Shown here piece after piece: positions 1-14,059 of a DNA stretch of 64,000 nucleotides. Made by a program: the position numbers and the translations under genes. Numbering within the stretch: position 1 is the stretch's first letter; each line of letters begins with the position of its first letter. Source of the DNA: the human T2T-CHM13v2.0 reference genome, Homo sapiens. The notes beneath the pieces are model-generated. The model had not been told where the DNA came from, did no database searches, and was given only the letters and a program-made list of their open reading frames with translations. The DNA lies in assembly GCF_009914755.1 (NCBI RefSeq), contig NC_060927.1; one strand, given 5' to 3'.

Positions 1-208
1 TGATTCAGCACGTCCTGGATTACTTAGTCCCAAATGAACTCATTTCCCTGGGGACCACACCCAATGCCCCTGTGTACACACCACTTATGCCAGGAGCCTT
101 GGGTGCGTCATTTAAGGAGGCACTCGCTCTTGGATTCATGTAAGTTTAGGGTTAGCAGTTGCATAATTCAGAAAGCGAGTGCTTCCTTAAATATGGTGCC
201 CTTCTTAC

Positions 209-260
209 CTGAGCCCTAACTTATTCACAGTCCAGCTTTTCCAGCCCTCAACTTGTTTTA
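209..260 (-). other. Candidate 52-nt non-coding exon
   Basis: Minus strand reads ctctctctacctgttgcttgatattttcAG|TAAAAC...GGCTCAG|GTAAGA: pyrimidine tract, acceptor and strong donor. No transcript evidence; could be a pseudo-exon. Confidence 0.35.
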
Positions 261-595
261 CTGAAAATATCAAGCAACAGGTAGAGAGAGGAGTTAAAGT
301 GAACAATTACTTAAAAGTGGGTACAAGGGCCCTCTTTCCCACCATACTTTGCAAGGAGCTCTTCTTCTATTTCCTGAAAATAGTATCCTTGGAACTGACA
401 GAATGGACTCCTCAGCATTGGAAATGAATTCATTTTTAGCATATGAACTGTTTCTTGGCAGCATTTCTGTAAACTATTTGGAGGGAAATCGCATGCTAGG
501 TGTGTGTAAAATCATGAAATCATCTAACATTTTTAGGGTTCCCTGTTTTTCCATTTAGAGAGTTTTAATGTATATTCATTATAGTAAAATTCCAA

Positions 596-890
596 GGCTG
601 GGTGCAGTGGCTCACGCCTGTAATCCTAACACCTTGGGAGACCAAGACGGGAGGATCCTTGAGCCCAGGAGTTCGAGACTAGCCTAGGCTATATAAAGAG
701 ACCTTGTCTCTACAAAAAATTTAAAAATTAGTTGAGCATGGTGGTGGGCACCTGTAGTGCCAGCTACTCAGGAGGCTGAGGTGGGAGGACTGCTTGAGCC
801 TGGGAGTTCAAGGCTGCGGTGAGCTATGATCATGTCCCTGCACTCCTGCCTGGGCCACAGAGCGTGATGCTGTCTCAAAAACAAAAACAG
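596..890 (+). mobile_element. Alu SINE (AluJ-like)
   Basis: Dimeric Alu with GAGCCCAGGAGTTCGAG and an A-rich tail. Confidence 0.93.
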
Positions 891-1206
891 AAGATTCTGA
901 GAATTCCTGGAAGAGGAAAAAGCAGTTTGTTTAAATTTGTTGTAACCAGCATTTGAACACAGAACCCCTTGAGGTGGGGGACATCTGTTAATGCCATACA
1001 GAAGTGGTATTCTGAGAAACTGCGTTAGGGAAAGCATGGAGTAGACTGAGCATTGGATTTAGGATGGGAGACTTGGATTCTAAGCCTGTTCAGGAATAAT
1101 AGGACTCAGCACTCTTATTCACTCTGTTACCAGATCTATACATAGAAGGATTTGGATCAGGCTAAGGACCCTTCCAGGTGTCAGATGCGAGTGCTCTGTA
1201 ACTCAC

Positions 1207-1242
1207 CTCTGTTTTTCTTTCACTGGTGACCATCCTTCCCTG
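1207..1242 (-). other. Candidate 33/36-nt exon (NAGNAG acceptor) containing an ATG
   Basis: Minus strand reads ttgtttttcttttcctcctatgaccCAG CAG|GGAAGGATGGTCACCAGTGAAAGAAAAACAGAG|GTGAGT. ATG at 1233-1231 is in strong Kozak context (aggATGG). Confidence 0.45.
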
Positions 1243-2060
1243 CTGGGTCATAGGAGGAAAAGAAAAACAACAACAACCTTTGTATACAAATATGCCAGCC
1301 CAACTTGGTTCTCTTGTATTTGGCTGCAGATCAAGAACAAACTTTCAAGTGGCATTTCGAGAGAATCCAGGAAAGCAGTTTCAATCTGGAAATTTGCTCT
1401 CCTTAAATATTTCAAAAACACATTTAGGTAAAATCAAACAGCGGAGTAACTGAGTGCCACCCCCTCTGCTAACCCAGAGGCTGAGAAGTTTCTCAGGGGC
1501 CCCCGGCATAGAAATCCAATATCAGAAACACCTACCAATATTGTAACACCCACCAATACTGTAACACCCTAAATCTTTCAGTAATTTTGCCAAGAATTAG
1601 GCTTTGGATTCTGCACCAGAGTTTAGTGACTTCAGTTAATTCCAGCTTCAAGCAAATCTTGGATGTTAACCCTGATTGTCAGCCTAATCTTTATTCAAAT
1701 ATATCAATACTTTGAAGGCCAACATAAAGACAAATATTTGCCTCTTGTGCTAAAGTAGCCAACTTTTAAACAATAAACAGACTGAGTGAATCACTAATTA
1801 CCATTTTTAATCATTTTTGTCCCACGTTTTGAGAGATTTTTGTCTAGCAAACTATATTTACTAAGCAATTAATTTGTTTTCCTTGTAAAAAATTAATCCA
1901 AAATGCATACCACTTGGCTGTCTTCCCGGGCAAAAGCAGACGCTTGTTATTTGAGTTATATTTATTCATTCCGTTTTTTAAATTTTTATTTATTTTGTCT
2001 TGCTGTAGCTTATATTTAAGTAAATGTACAGAACTTTGAAGATTCCGTTTCATAAAATAC

Positions 2061-2250
2061 CTGATGAATACCACTGGACGCTTGCGCTGCGCTGCTCCGG
2101 CTTCTGCTGACAGAGGCTTAAAGAATGGAATTCAGGCACATTTTAATTCATTCACTCACTTGGTTTTCAGTGGACAACTGTGAGACCTTTCCTCGGGAGA
2201 GCTCGTGTCCACTGAAATTTCCTATCCTCGGTGTAATAAACCTGTCACCA
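2061..2250 (-). other. Candidate first exon (5' boundary uncertain)
   Basis: Donor CAG|GTATTT at 2061/2060, immediately downstream of a locally CpG-enriched promoter-like segment. Confidence 0.3.
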
Positions 2251-2640
2251 AGATCCTAAAAAATTGGTAGGGAGCGCTTATTAAATGCAGGCCGGTGGTG
2301 CGCCGCCATCCACGGCCCCACCCCCCGCCGCCTCCACATGTCGCTGTCTGCCCCGGGCACCCTGCAGGCTCCGGTGGAAATACCTTTCCACCTGCCTTTG
2401 AAGAGTGGCGGTTGGGCTGGCAGTTCCCCAGAGCTAAGAGACCTCCCCTCCCGTTCCCTAAGACAGTAGGGTACAGTTATGAGCCCTCTGGGATTTAGGC
2501 TTATTTTGTGTCCAGGGATTTATTGACTCATCTGTCCCCCCAAATCGGTTATTTTGGGGGGTAGATGAGTCAATATCCAAGTGTCAGGGAGATACTAAGG
2601 ATAGATGCAAAGACAGACACGTGGCGGAATCAAACAGGCC
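2075..2640. promoter_or_regulatory. Promoter/enhancer-like element (non-CpG-island)
   Basis: Main non-Alu CpG cluster in the window. CCCCACCCC (KLF) and CCCCGCC (GC box) at about 2316-2330, AT-rich TATA-like TTATTAAA at about 2278-2285, AP-1 TGACTCA 2524-2530 and TGAGTCA 2566-2572, E-box CACGTG near 2618. Confidence 0.5.
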
Positions 2641-4016
2641 AATTTCACCACTATTGGAGTGGGTTGCTACTATTTCTGAGTTAGCAGCATCCTGCTGCCA
2701 CCCTGGCTTTTCACTTTTCCCCTCATCCCACTCCTCACCTCCAATGCAGGCTTGTTAGGCTGCTTGGCAGCAGCTCATTGCCCCAGGGGAAGGATGGTGC
2801 CTGGGCAGAGCAGAAACTAAGGCATCTTCGAAGCTGAAACCTCTGGAGCTGACAAAATGTTTGCAGAAGCAAGATGTTAGAGGGATTGACGTTTGGGGGC
2901 GAGTTTCTCTAGGGCCAGAGAGAGGGGAGGAAGGGGATGGGAGGAAAGAAGCCATGGGCTTTGCTTCCTAGCAGAAACCCGGGTAGGCACAAAGCCCTGA
3001 ACAGGTTGGTGAAATTTAGGGGCTGAGGGCACTGTTGTCCTGCTTCCCCTGGAGCCCCACATAGGCAGGGAAACCCCACAGAGGAAACAGATCTATGGTG
3101 CATCCAGGCAGAACAGTCTTAGTTTCTCCAAGATTTCCACCCCATGGGAAGGCACAGAAACAGCAGAATGGGGCCTCCACTCCAACACAGGACCCAGTGC
3201 GCAATTTGGTGTCTCTGATGACCTCAGTAGAGTTATGACCAAGGACTCCCTGAGCCCCCCCCATACCTTGACAAATACATAAGCCCCCTGAGGAAAAGGA
3301 GAAATGACTTAGATTGAGATTCCACCACTCTAGGAAGACTGGAAATCTAAAACAGAAATTGGTGAGTTGTTTTAAAATTTTTGTTTTGAAAATTAAGTTG
3401 TGTTTATTTTCCATCAAAGTTATGGTATGAGATTTCTATCCACCACCTGCGGATAAGGGGAACCCAAGGTGACCTTGCCTTAGAGCACAGGCTGGAACTT
3501 CCAGAGTTCCCTTCCCCCATCATCCCAAATAGATGAAACCCTTGCCCTCTTAGAAGTCAAGTGCATCCGTCCCTAAATGCCGAGAGGTCACCTCTCAGCA
3601 GTCACTGTCAATCTAAACCTGGGGCTTAGGGTAAAGGCAGGGTGGTCCGATGCCAAGGACTTAATCCCAAAGACCAACCATACATGACCTTGAGAAAGAC
3701 CAGAAAAGGATGACTAACTCTCCAGCTTGGACCAGTGTTTGGATGCAAGTGTATACAGGAAGCCGAGAGAAAATGAATGGGAAAATCTTCTGCCTCTTCC
3801 CCTTTAACTCAGGTTCCTAATCCTTTATTTTCTTCAAGTTTCTAGTGGCAACAAATTGGGGGGATGAGAGAAGAAAGGTTTAGTTTGCCCCATCTTTAAC
3901 CACATTATTCCTCTTTATTCTACAAAAGTAATAAAAATCATGCACCCACACCCATACCTTAACAAAGTATCAGAGTTACACAGAGTAAGCTTATCTTTTT
4001 ACAAGAATGGGAAACT

Positions 4017-4344
<328 letters not shown>

Positions 4345-4701
4345 TTAATAATATAGTTTAACTAAAATCCAGTACTCAACTGATATGTTTGGGTAGACTG
4401 CTTTTCTTTGAAGAGGAAAGAATGCTTTAAAACCCAAAGGTCTTAACTTTCAGATTTTGCCTAGGTCATTCTCCATTGGCTATACAGCTGCTAGCCTCCC
4501 ACCTCTGTCCATGATACCCCTCGGTTGTTCAAAGACTCAGGTCAAGACATGAAAAAAAATGTGGTATGGATCTGGTGCAACTCTGACATAAATTGTTGTC
4601 AAATTGACCCATCTTCCGGTAGTGGAGGTGATTGGAAATTGGAAGTTCCCAGCATTGATTCTTGTTCATTTCCACTCTGACACTAGCCTTTTCCCATTTT
4701 C

Positions 4702-5007
4702 TTTTTTTTTTTTTTTTTTTTTTGAGACAGGATCTTACTCTGTCCCCCAAACTGGAGTGCAGTGGCATGATCACAGCTCACTGCAGCCTCGACCAGGGCT
4801 CACGTGATCCTCCCACCCCAGCTTCCTGAGTAGCTGGGATCACAGGTGCGCGCCACCATGCCGGCTATTTAAAAAAAAATTTTTTTTGGACAGACAGAGT
4901 CCCACCTTGTTGCCCAGGCTGGTCTCAAATTCCTGAACTCAAAAGATCCTCCTCCTGCCTCGGGCTCCCAAAGTGTTGGCATTACAGGCGTGAGCCACCT
5001 GCCCAGC
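4702..5007 (-). mobile_element. Alu SINE (AluJ-like)
   Basis: Poly(T) followed by antisense Alu. Confidence 0.92.
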
Positions 5008-5820
5008 ACCAGCCTTTTCTTATCTTAACCAAGCCTCGCTTCCCTCAAGTCATTTAAAATAGGGGAACTTTATTCATAAGACTCCAACGCTCAATAGCCC
5101 ACCCAGCTAATAATAATAATAATGATAATAAAAAGTCTATGTGGAAACCTGTGATAATCCAAATAACTAATTCTAGCCATTAATTTCAGCCTTCTCCCTC
5201 ACTGGGAGATTCGAGAGCTGCGAAACACCAAGAAATAAATCACTGAGCTTCGCTTCTCACAGTCTACCGTCTGGTGAAGGTGCTAATGAGCAATGATGTG
5301 CCCCACAGGAAGGAAGAAATTAGGGAAGGAGGAGAGGGACAAGAGCACACAGGGGCTGGGAATCCAGCCCTTGGTGACTCAAAGTTGCCTAGACTTTTAA
5401 CCAAATCTGTTTAGGTTTTACTTCTCCAGGTTTCATTAGCCATTAGAAATGCAAATTAGTTAGATTCCTCCAGAAAACATTACCCTGCTTCCCCCATCTC
5501 CGGCCCTCCCTTCTCCCCCTCCCCTTCCTTCCTGCCTTTCTTCCTTCCTTCCCTCCCTCCCAGCAGCATTGTTGAGCATTTATAAAGTGACCGTCACACC
5601 ATCGGTTTTACATTGCAATGTCAGGGGCCTGAAAGTAGATATAAACTGCCAGTTTTTCCAAGGCTGCCATCAAATAATTGAGCTGTGGCCTCTAACTAAA
5701 TTCCAGGAGGAAAAGATTTCTCAAAGCTGGGCTAATTCTCTTTGTTTATAGCTATTTTATGTATTTATATATTTGTTGTATATATACATGTGTATATATA
5801 TATATGTTTTATATATGTAA

Positions 5821-6344
<524 letters not shown>

Positions 6345-7309
6345 AACCTTGTCTTTTTCATTATAGACACTGAAGAATGAACAAAATGTAACTGCTTTTC
6401 CAATAAGTATTTTCTTTAAAAACAAAACTCAGTAAGAGAAAGAACATTAAATGCAGATTTCTTCAGGTGACATAAGTTGAAGGGCCCCTATACTTGAGTA
6501 AGTTAGAAAGTGCAGAACTATAAATGCATATGATACAAGAGGCATGTGGCAATTTTGCTCCTGAGTTCCCATGTGGGAATAATGGGAAATTTGCCTTGCT
6601 GTAGAAAAACCTATGTTTTGCATTCCCAGATATCTATTTTGACTTCCACTCTAGCATTTTATTATCAGCAGCTGTAACTCTGAAAATGTGTTAGAGTGAT
6701 GTTTTGCTTAAACAGAATAAAAACTTGCTTCACCAGAGCATAAGAAAAAAAAAGTAATTCTGTCCAGTTTTATAAGCTGAAGCTGTATTAAAGTGATTGA
6801 TTGCTACTCTGAATGTCTTTTTCTGGGCCTCTTGTAACCCTAATAACATTTAAACCATTAAGTGTAAGATAATTGCCTTCTGAAAAGAAAGGAAAATGCG
6901 GGGAGTGTTTGCTTGTCTTCTTCAATTCAGTACCAAAGAATAGTATTGGAAGTAGGTTCTGGGGTTTTCAGTTAACATTATATTTTGTACACGTATCACT
7001 TAGACTATCAGATGAAGAAGATCTAATTCTGGTAGAATGTGACAGCAGAGAGAAATATAGGGCCATTGTTAGGCAAACCAGGAAATGTGACCCTTCATCT
7101 CCACCTTCCTTCTCAACCCTTCCTTGTTTATTATGAAGTACTAAATATGACAAATATATAAAATATCTGCAAGCTGGGTAAACATTAAAAAATTAGGTAA
7201 GGGTGAAACGAAAGAATAAGAAAAGAAAGTATGGAAGGTTAAAAAAAAAAAAAAAAGAAAGACATCAAATGGCAGAGCAGAAAGAGTTTCAGGGTCCATG
7301 AGCCTGCAT

Positions 7310-7465
7310 GAGAATCCTAGCTGCCCCATTCAATAGGTGTATGGCCTTGGACAGTCACTTAATCTCTCTGAGTCTCTGTTTCCTCATCTGAAAAAATGGA
7401 CTAGTAGTATTTACCCTACTGGGTTTGTTACATATAAAGCACATGGTTAGTGCTCAATAGATAGT
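7310..7465 (+). mobile_element. MIR SINE fragment
   Basis: MIR core gtcacttaatctctctgagtctctgtttcctcatctgaaaaaatgg. Confidence 0.75.
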
Positions 7466-8297
7466 TTTCCCTGATTAGCCCACATAAGTTAAGGTTTACA
7501 GCTCAATATGTTATCACTTTTCTTGGGTAATTTTGTGCTTTCACATCTTCATAAGAATGTCTGGTGCTTTAACTCAAAAGAGGAAGCCCGGTGGGAATTT
7601 CCTACATTGTGGCAGATCAATTGCGAAAGATGTGTTTGTGACATCAAGAGCTTTCAGGGAATTTATCCAATCATGCCACCAAGATATTTCTTCTGGTGCA
7701 GTATTTAAAATAAGATCCACTCTGAATCTAGGGCTTTCTGTGTCACCCAAAAACTCCTGGTCTTTTTCCGTTGGTGACATCATTGTTTGTGCTGTTATTA
7801 GAGCAGATGGTGGCCTGGGACTTGGCACTCAGAGAAATCCAGGGATGAGGTCTAAGAGGAATGACCTGCTCTTCTCTTAACATTCTCAAGTGGGTCAGAG
7901 TTAGGGTGGCTAGAGGTTTTTGTTTGCCTGGGACAGCGCCTGCATACCCCTGTTGTCCCTGAGTAATTATTAACAGCACCTCCCTTTTTGCTCCTAAAAT
8001 TATCCTAGTTTGAATGATAAATTATAGAAATACCTCAATCATCCGTTCTATGGGAATACTGGGCAAAAATGAAAAAAAATTAAAGAATTACCTGAATCAG
8101 AATGTTTTTTATTAAGTTGACTTTTTTAAACTAAACTTTATAGTAAATAATTCAGAATGATGTTTATATGAATAAGGATAAGTCACAAAAAGGAAAATAA
8201 GAAAGTTCCCCAATTGATAGGCTCTCAGATGTTTAGATTTCATCAATTATAAGAGGCACTACCAAGTCACACACCACTAAGAAAGAAACAGACCCAC

Positions 8298-9165
8298 CGT
8301 ATTAGTTTGTTAAGACTCTCATAACAAAGTACCACAGACTGGTACAGAAATTTAAATTAGCGGGGCGTGGTGGTGGGCACCTGTAATCCCAGCTACTCAG
8401 GAGGCTGAGGCAGGAGAATCACTTGAACCCTGGAGGTGGAGGTTGCCGTGAGCCGAGATCACGTCATTACACTCCAGCCTGGGTGACAGAGGGAGACTCT
8501 GTCTAAAAAGAAAAAAAAAAATTATGTGTTCACAGTCCTGGAGGCCAGATGTGTGAAATCAAGGTGTCAGCAGGGTTGTTTCCTCAGGGAGCTTTCTTCT
8601 GGCTTGCAGATGGCACCCTCCCACTGTGTCTTCACATGGTCTTCCCTCTGCATGTCTGTGTCCTAAACTCCTCTTCTTCTAAGGACATCAGTCACTTCGG
8701 GTTAGGGCCCACTCTAAGGACCTCATTTTAACTTAAGTACCTCTTTAAAGACCCTGTCTCCAAATACTGCCACATTACGAAATACTGGGTGTTATGACTT
8801 CAACCAATGAATTTTATTGGCCAGGTATGTGGTGGCTCATGCCTATAATCCCAGCCCTTTGGGAGGCCAAGGCAGGAGGATCGCTCAAGGCCAGGAGTTT
8901 TGAGACCAGCCTCCCGGGCAATATAGCGATAACCCACCTCTTAAAGAAAAAAAAAAAGCTAGGTGTGGTGGCATGAACTTGTCGTCCCAGCTACTTGGGA
9001 GGCTGAGGTGAAAGGATCAATTGAGCCCGGGAGTTTAAGGTTACAGTGCACCACTGCACTCCAGCCTGGGCTAGAGTGAGACCTCTCATCTCTAATATAT
9101 ATATATTCATACATATATATATATATGAATTTTGTAGGGATATAACACTAATCAATTCTGACATG
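8298..9165 (-). mobile_element. MLT1-type MaLR solo LTR interrupted by an Alu right monomer (8353-8521) and an AluJ (8819-9095)
   Basis: gtattagtttg...ataacaaagtaccacagactgg...aaatcaaggtgtcagcaggg...gaccctgtctccaaatac match the MLT1A/B consensus as recalled. Confidence 0.8.
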
Positions 9166-9219
9166 CCATGGGTTGTTAGAGATGTACCCTGATGTCAGAG
9201 AGATTAAAATGTAAATGAT

Positions 9220-9535
9220 GGGCTGAGAATGGTGGCTCACGTCTATTAACCCAGCACTTTCGGAGGTCCAGGCAGGAGGACTGCTTGAGCCCAGGAGTTC
9301 GAGACCAGCCTGGGCCAAGTAGCGAGACTTCATCTCTAACTAACAATAATAATAATAATAAATAAGCCGGGTGTAGTGGTGCATGTGCCTGTGGTCCCAG
9401 CTACTTGGGGAGGTTGAGGTGGGAGGAACTCTTGAGGCTTGGAAGTCGAGGTTGCAGTGAGCCATGATCACCCCACAGCACTTCAGCCTGGGAGACAGAG
9501 TGCAACCGCGTCTCAAAAACAAACAAACAAAAAAG
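9220..9535 (+). mobile_element. Alu SINE (AluJ-like)
   Basis: Dimer with (AAT)n linker and (AAAC)n tail. Confidence 0.92.
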
Positions 9536-9649
9536 TGAGTAACTGGATCTCAGAGCTGATAAAAGATGTGCTGGTTTGGAAGGGGGAGAGTCCCTTCTCT
9601 ATGCTTTGGTGATGGTGGACATAGCAATTTATATACCTGTTCCTTTGAA

Positions 9650-10200
9650 ACCAACACTTTCTCCCCTGCACTCTCCAAAAGATCTGGGATAGGAAGGTAG
9701 AGCTCAGCTGCCCAGATTGCTATCTTGATTGCTTCCCCTCCCTGGTGCCTCGCTTCCTGCCAATTCTTCTTTTGTAACAGTGCCCATGACTGCCCCTTCC
9801 TCTCTCCCTACCCACACCCGAATCAGCCCTTAGCTCATACCTGGACAGTTTCCACAGCCTCCGAACCGGTCTTCCCACATCAGTCCCCTTCTTTTCCCTC
9901 CTGATCCACCCTCACACAAGAATTGATCTGCAAAATGACTCTCAAAACGGCAGCCTTGGTCGTGCCACGCCCCTTATAGAAAGCCTTGGCTAGCTGTTCA
10001 TTCCGCAAGGGTAAAGACCAAAGATGTCTTGGCCTAACCTTCAGGCCCCCTGTGCTCAATCTGGCCCCCAGACTCTCGTGCAGCTGCATCCGCTGTGCCC
10101 CTGCCTCTTACCACAGCCAGCATTCCCACCTCAGGGTCTTACACGCTCCATACCCCTCCTCTGGCAGGCCTGTGCTCTGGGCCTGTCTGAATGCTACCAT
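9650..10200 (+). mobile_element. L2 LINE fragment (degraded)
   Basis: C/T-rich L2-like motifs (ctcatacctggac...agcctcc...ggtcttccc; ggccttcaggccc...atctggcccc). Confidence 0.55.
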
Positions 10201-10446
10201 GTAATTATTGCACGTTGTTATTTATGTCTGACTCCCCAGCTAATAGCTATCCAAATTATCAAGACTGTAATGTACTCCATTAACCGCTCTGGCTGAGAAA
10301 GGAGTTGTTTCTCCTTGGCTCCTCCAGAAAGAATGAAAAGTATTTCCCCCACCCCCTCCCATCTCCCTCCCCTGAGAGAAGGTAGCCGGGCCTTTGTGTC
10401 CTGGAAGTCTGACTTCCCTTAGCCCCAAGGAGAGTTAACAGCCTTT

Positions 10447-10490
10447 GTGTGTGTGTGTGTGTGTGTGTCTGTGTCTGTGTGTGTGTGTGT
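10447..10490. repeat. (TG)n microsatellite
   Basis: Interrupted TG tract. Confidence 0.95.
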
Positions 10491-10559
10491 TTTTCTGGGG
10501 GAAAAAGGAAAGCTGCCTGGTAGGATGGATTCCCCCTTTGCTTTCTGAGATGGAAAGTT

Positions 10560-10883
10560 GGTGTGGCTCAGGACATCTTTGATTTGGCCTGCGAATTATT
10601 TTATATAAATTTAAAATATTAGTTGCAATTTTCTAAAAGTGAGAGATTTCCCATGAAAATCTAAATCTCTGGGTTCTCTGGAAAAACTCAAAGGTTTCCC
10701 ATTTCTGGGCCCCTATTTTCACATGGCAAAAATGGGAAGGATCCAAGTCCAGCTGGTGCCTTTAGGCAGGCTATGTGCTTTCCATTCACCACAGTCCCCA
10801 CCACCCGCTAAAGTCTAACACCACCTGCAACATTTGTTTGTGTACCTGCCGGTTCTTATATGTGTCGGAGTTTTCAACCCCTG
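10560..10883 (-). mobile_element. hAT-Charlie DNA transposon relic (MER102-like)
   Basis: Terminal gagttttcaacccctg and internal gagatttcccatgaaaatctaaatctctgg resemble MER102/MER58-type consensus. Confidence 0.55.
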
Positions 10884-11271
10884 CTTAGACGCATCAGATG
10901 GTTAATCTGAGACATTTAACAGAAAGGAGATGGTGGCCATGAGCTTTAAGAGTGAAAGAGAGCATGGCTGCCCTATAGGTCTTGAGAACGTGAGCCTGCT
11001 CTAAACTACCCTCCCTAGGGGGCAGGACCAGGGATAGAGATGGTTGGCTGGGTGCCTGCAAGGACTAGGCTGTGAGTGCTGTCACCTTGAGAATGTCAGG
11101 GAAATCCTCCACAGCTGAGCTGGACCCAGAGGGACTGGAGCCACGCCCAGAACTGACCACAGAGATACCGATCTTCAAAGGAGAGTGGGCCAGGAGTAAC
11201 AGCATCAGGGACCACACCAACCAAAGACCAGGCCTACCTCCATTCCCTGCCTGGCATAAGCTCCACAGTTC

Positions 11272-11572
11272 TTTTTTTTTTTTTTTTTTTTTTTGAGACC
11301 AAGTCACGCTCTTGTTGCCCAGGCTGGAGTGCAGTGGCGCAGTCTCAGCTCACTGCAACCTTTGCTTCCTGGGTTCAAGCAACTCTCTGGCCTCAGCCTC
11401 CTGAGTAGCTGGGACTACAGGTGCCCACCACCACTCCTGGCTAATTTTTGTACTTTTAGCAGAGAGAGGGTTTCACCGTGTTGGCCAGGCTGGTCTCAAA
11501 CTCCTGACCTCAGGTTATCTGCCCACCTCAGCTTCCAAAAGTGCTGGGATTATAGGCATGAGCCACCACAGC
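11272..11572 (-). mobile_element. Alu SINE (AluS-like)
   Basis: Poly(T) followed by antisense dimer. Confidence 0.93.
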
Positions 11573-11575
11573 TCT

Positions 11576-11720
11576 TGTACAGCTTAAGCAGAGTGCGGTG
11601 AAGGGCATTACACTGCAATACAATGATTCCAGAAGGGGCCGTTTGTATCATAGTCTTTGGCATAACTTCTCCTGCAGTTGTGCAGTATACAACCTGAGTG
11701 CCATACATCTGGTGGCCCTG
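11576..11720 (-). mobile_element. MER91-like hAT relic
   Basis: Minus strand begins cagggccacc...ggttgtatactgcacaac, like the MER91 terminus. Confidence 0.5.
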
Positions 11721-11732
11721 ACTGGGCACACT

Positions 11733-11766
11733 GTGTGTGTGTGTGTGTGTGTTTGTGTGTGTGTGT
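11733..11766. repeat. (TG)n microsatellite
   Basis: Direct observation. Confidence 0.95.
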
Positions 11767-12095
11767 TTAAAGCTTCTCAAATTGACTGATTTAAACTTCT
11801 CACCAACCCCGAGAATGGGGGTCTAGAACTTTAATTTTTAAAAATAAATTAATATATCTTACTCCTCAAGTGTGGTTTATTAATCGAATTGTCATAAAAA
11901 CATATACTTCTCAAAGACAGAAAGCATGTTTTGTACTTCTGTACTCCTCCACAGTGTTTTGAAAAATAAATGTGTTAACTCTGAATGTAAATCTGAACAC
12001 CGAATCTCTCTCCCTAGTAAAACTTAATTTTTTCCATTTTCCTGTTGTGATTGGTCCAAGTCAAAACTGGCTTGTGTCACCCACACTCAAATTAA

Positions 12096-12430
<335 letters not shown>

Positions 12431-12454
12431 TATTTATTTATTTATTTTTTTACT

Positions 12455-12577
12455 GTAGATTCTGATTCAATAATTCAGAGATGAGGCCTGAGATTCTGCA
12501 TTTCTACTGAACTCCCAGGTGAGGCTCATTGACCCTCATTTTGTGCCAAGGACCACACCTTGAGGTGCAAGAGGCTA
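12455..12577. mobile_element. MER5-type hAT relic
   Basis: gattctgattca...ggcctgagattctgcatttct...ctcccaggtga...ggaccacac. Confidence 0.7.
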
Positions 12578-12679
12578 GAAAGCTGAGGTAGGTGCCTTTA
12601 GTTCTTTTTAAACAAGCCCAGCACCTGCTTTGCATTAAAGCTATAGTAACTGCTTGAATGAAAATAAATAAATAATTAA

Positions 12680-13654
<975 letters not shown>

Positions 13655-14059
13655 TAGAATCTGCATTTTAACAAAATCTTCGAATTGTGTGTATGCCCAT
13701 TACAGCCTGAGATGCACAGCTCTACTAGATTACTGGGGCCAATACAGCGGAGATAAGAAAGTCCAATACGACAGTCCTGGAAGAAACTCAGGTTTCCTTA
13801 CTCCTAGAGCCACCACTTGGGGACCATTTCCATGGTCATATTTGTGGAGCAATTTTGGTTTCCTGAGATCAACCTCTTGGGCTCCAATCTATCAAAAAAT
13901 GAATGGCTAAACTGGCCTCTGAGCATCAAAAGTTTGAGGCCTACAGGAGTCCTGCTTGCAAAAGAATAACTTGTAAAGCACTCAGTACCACTGGCAAATA
14001 GGTATCTGTAACTGGACTATATAGAGTTAGTAGCTCATTTAGGTTTCCACTAACTTAAT

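Noticed and set aside
2298-2318. Possible CTCF site (GGCCGTGGATGGCGGCGC on the minus strand)
   Set aside because: Alignment to the core needs a gap or a mismatch at a key C; not supportable without ChIP data.
3641-3655. TGGTCCGATG resembling a Y RNA 5' end
   Set aside because: The match does not extend beyond about 10 nt.
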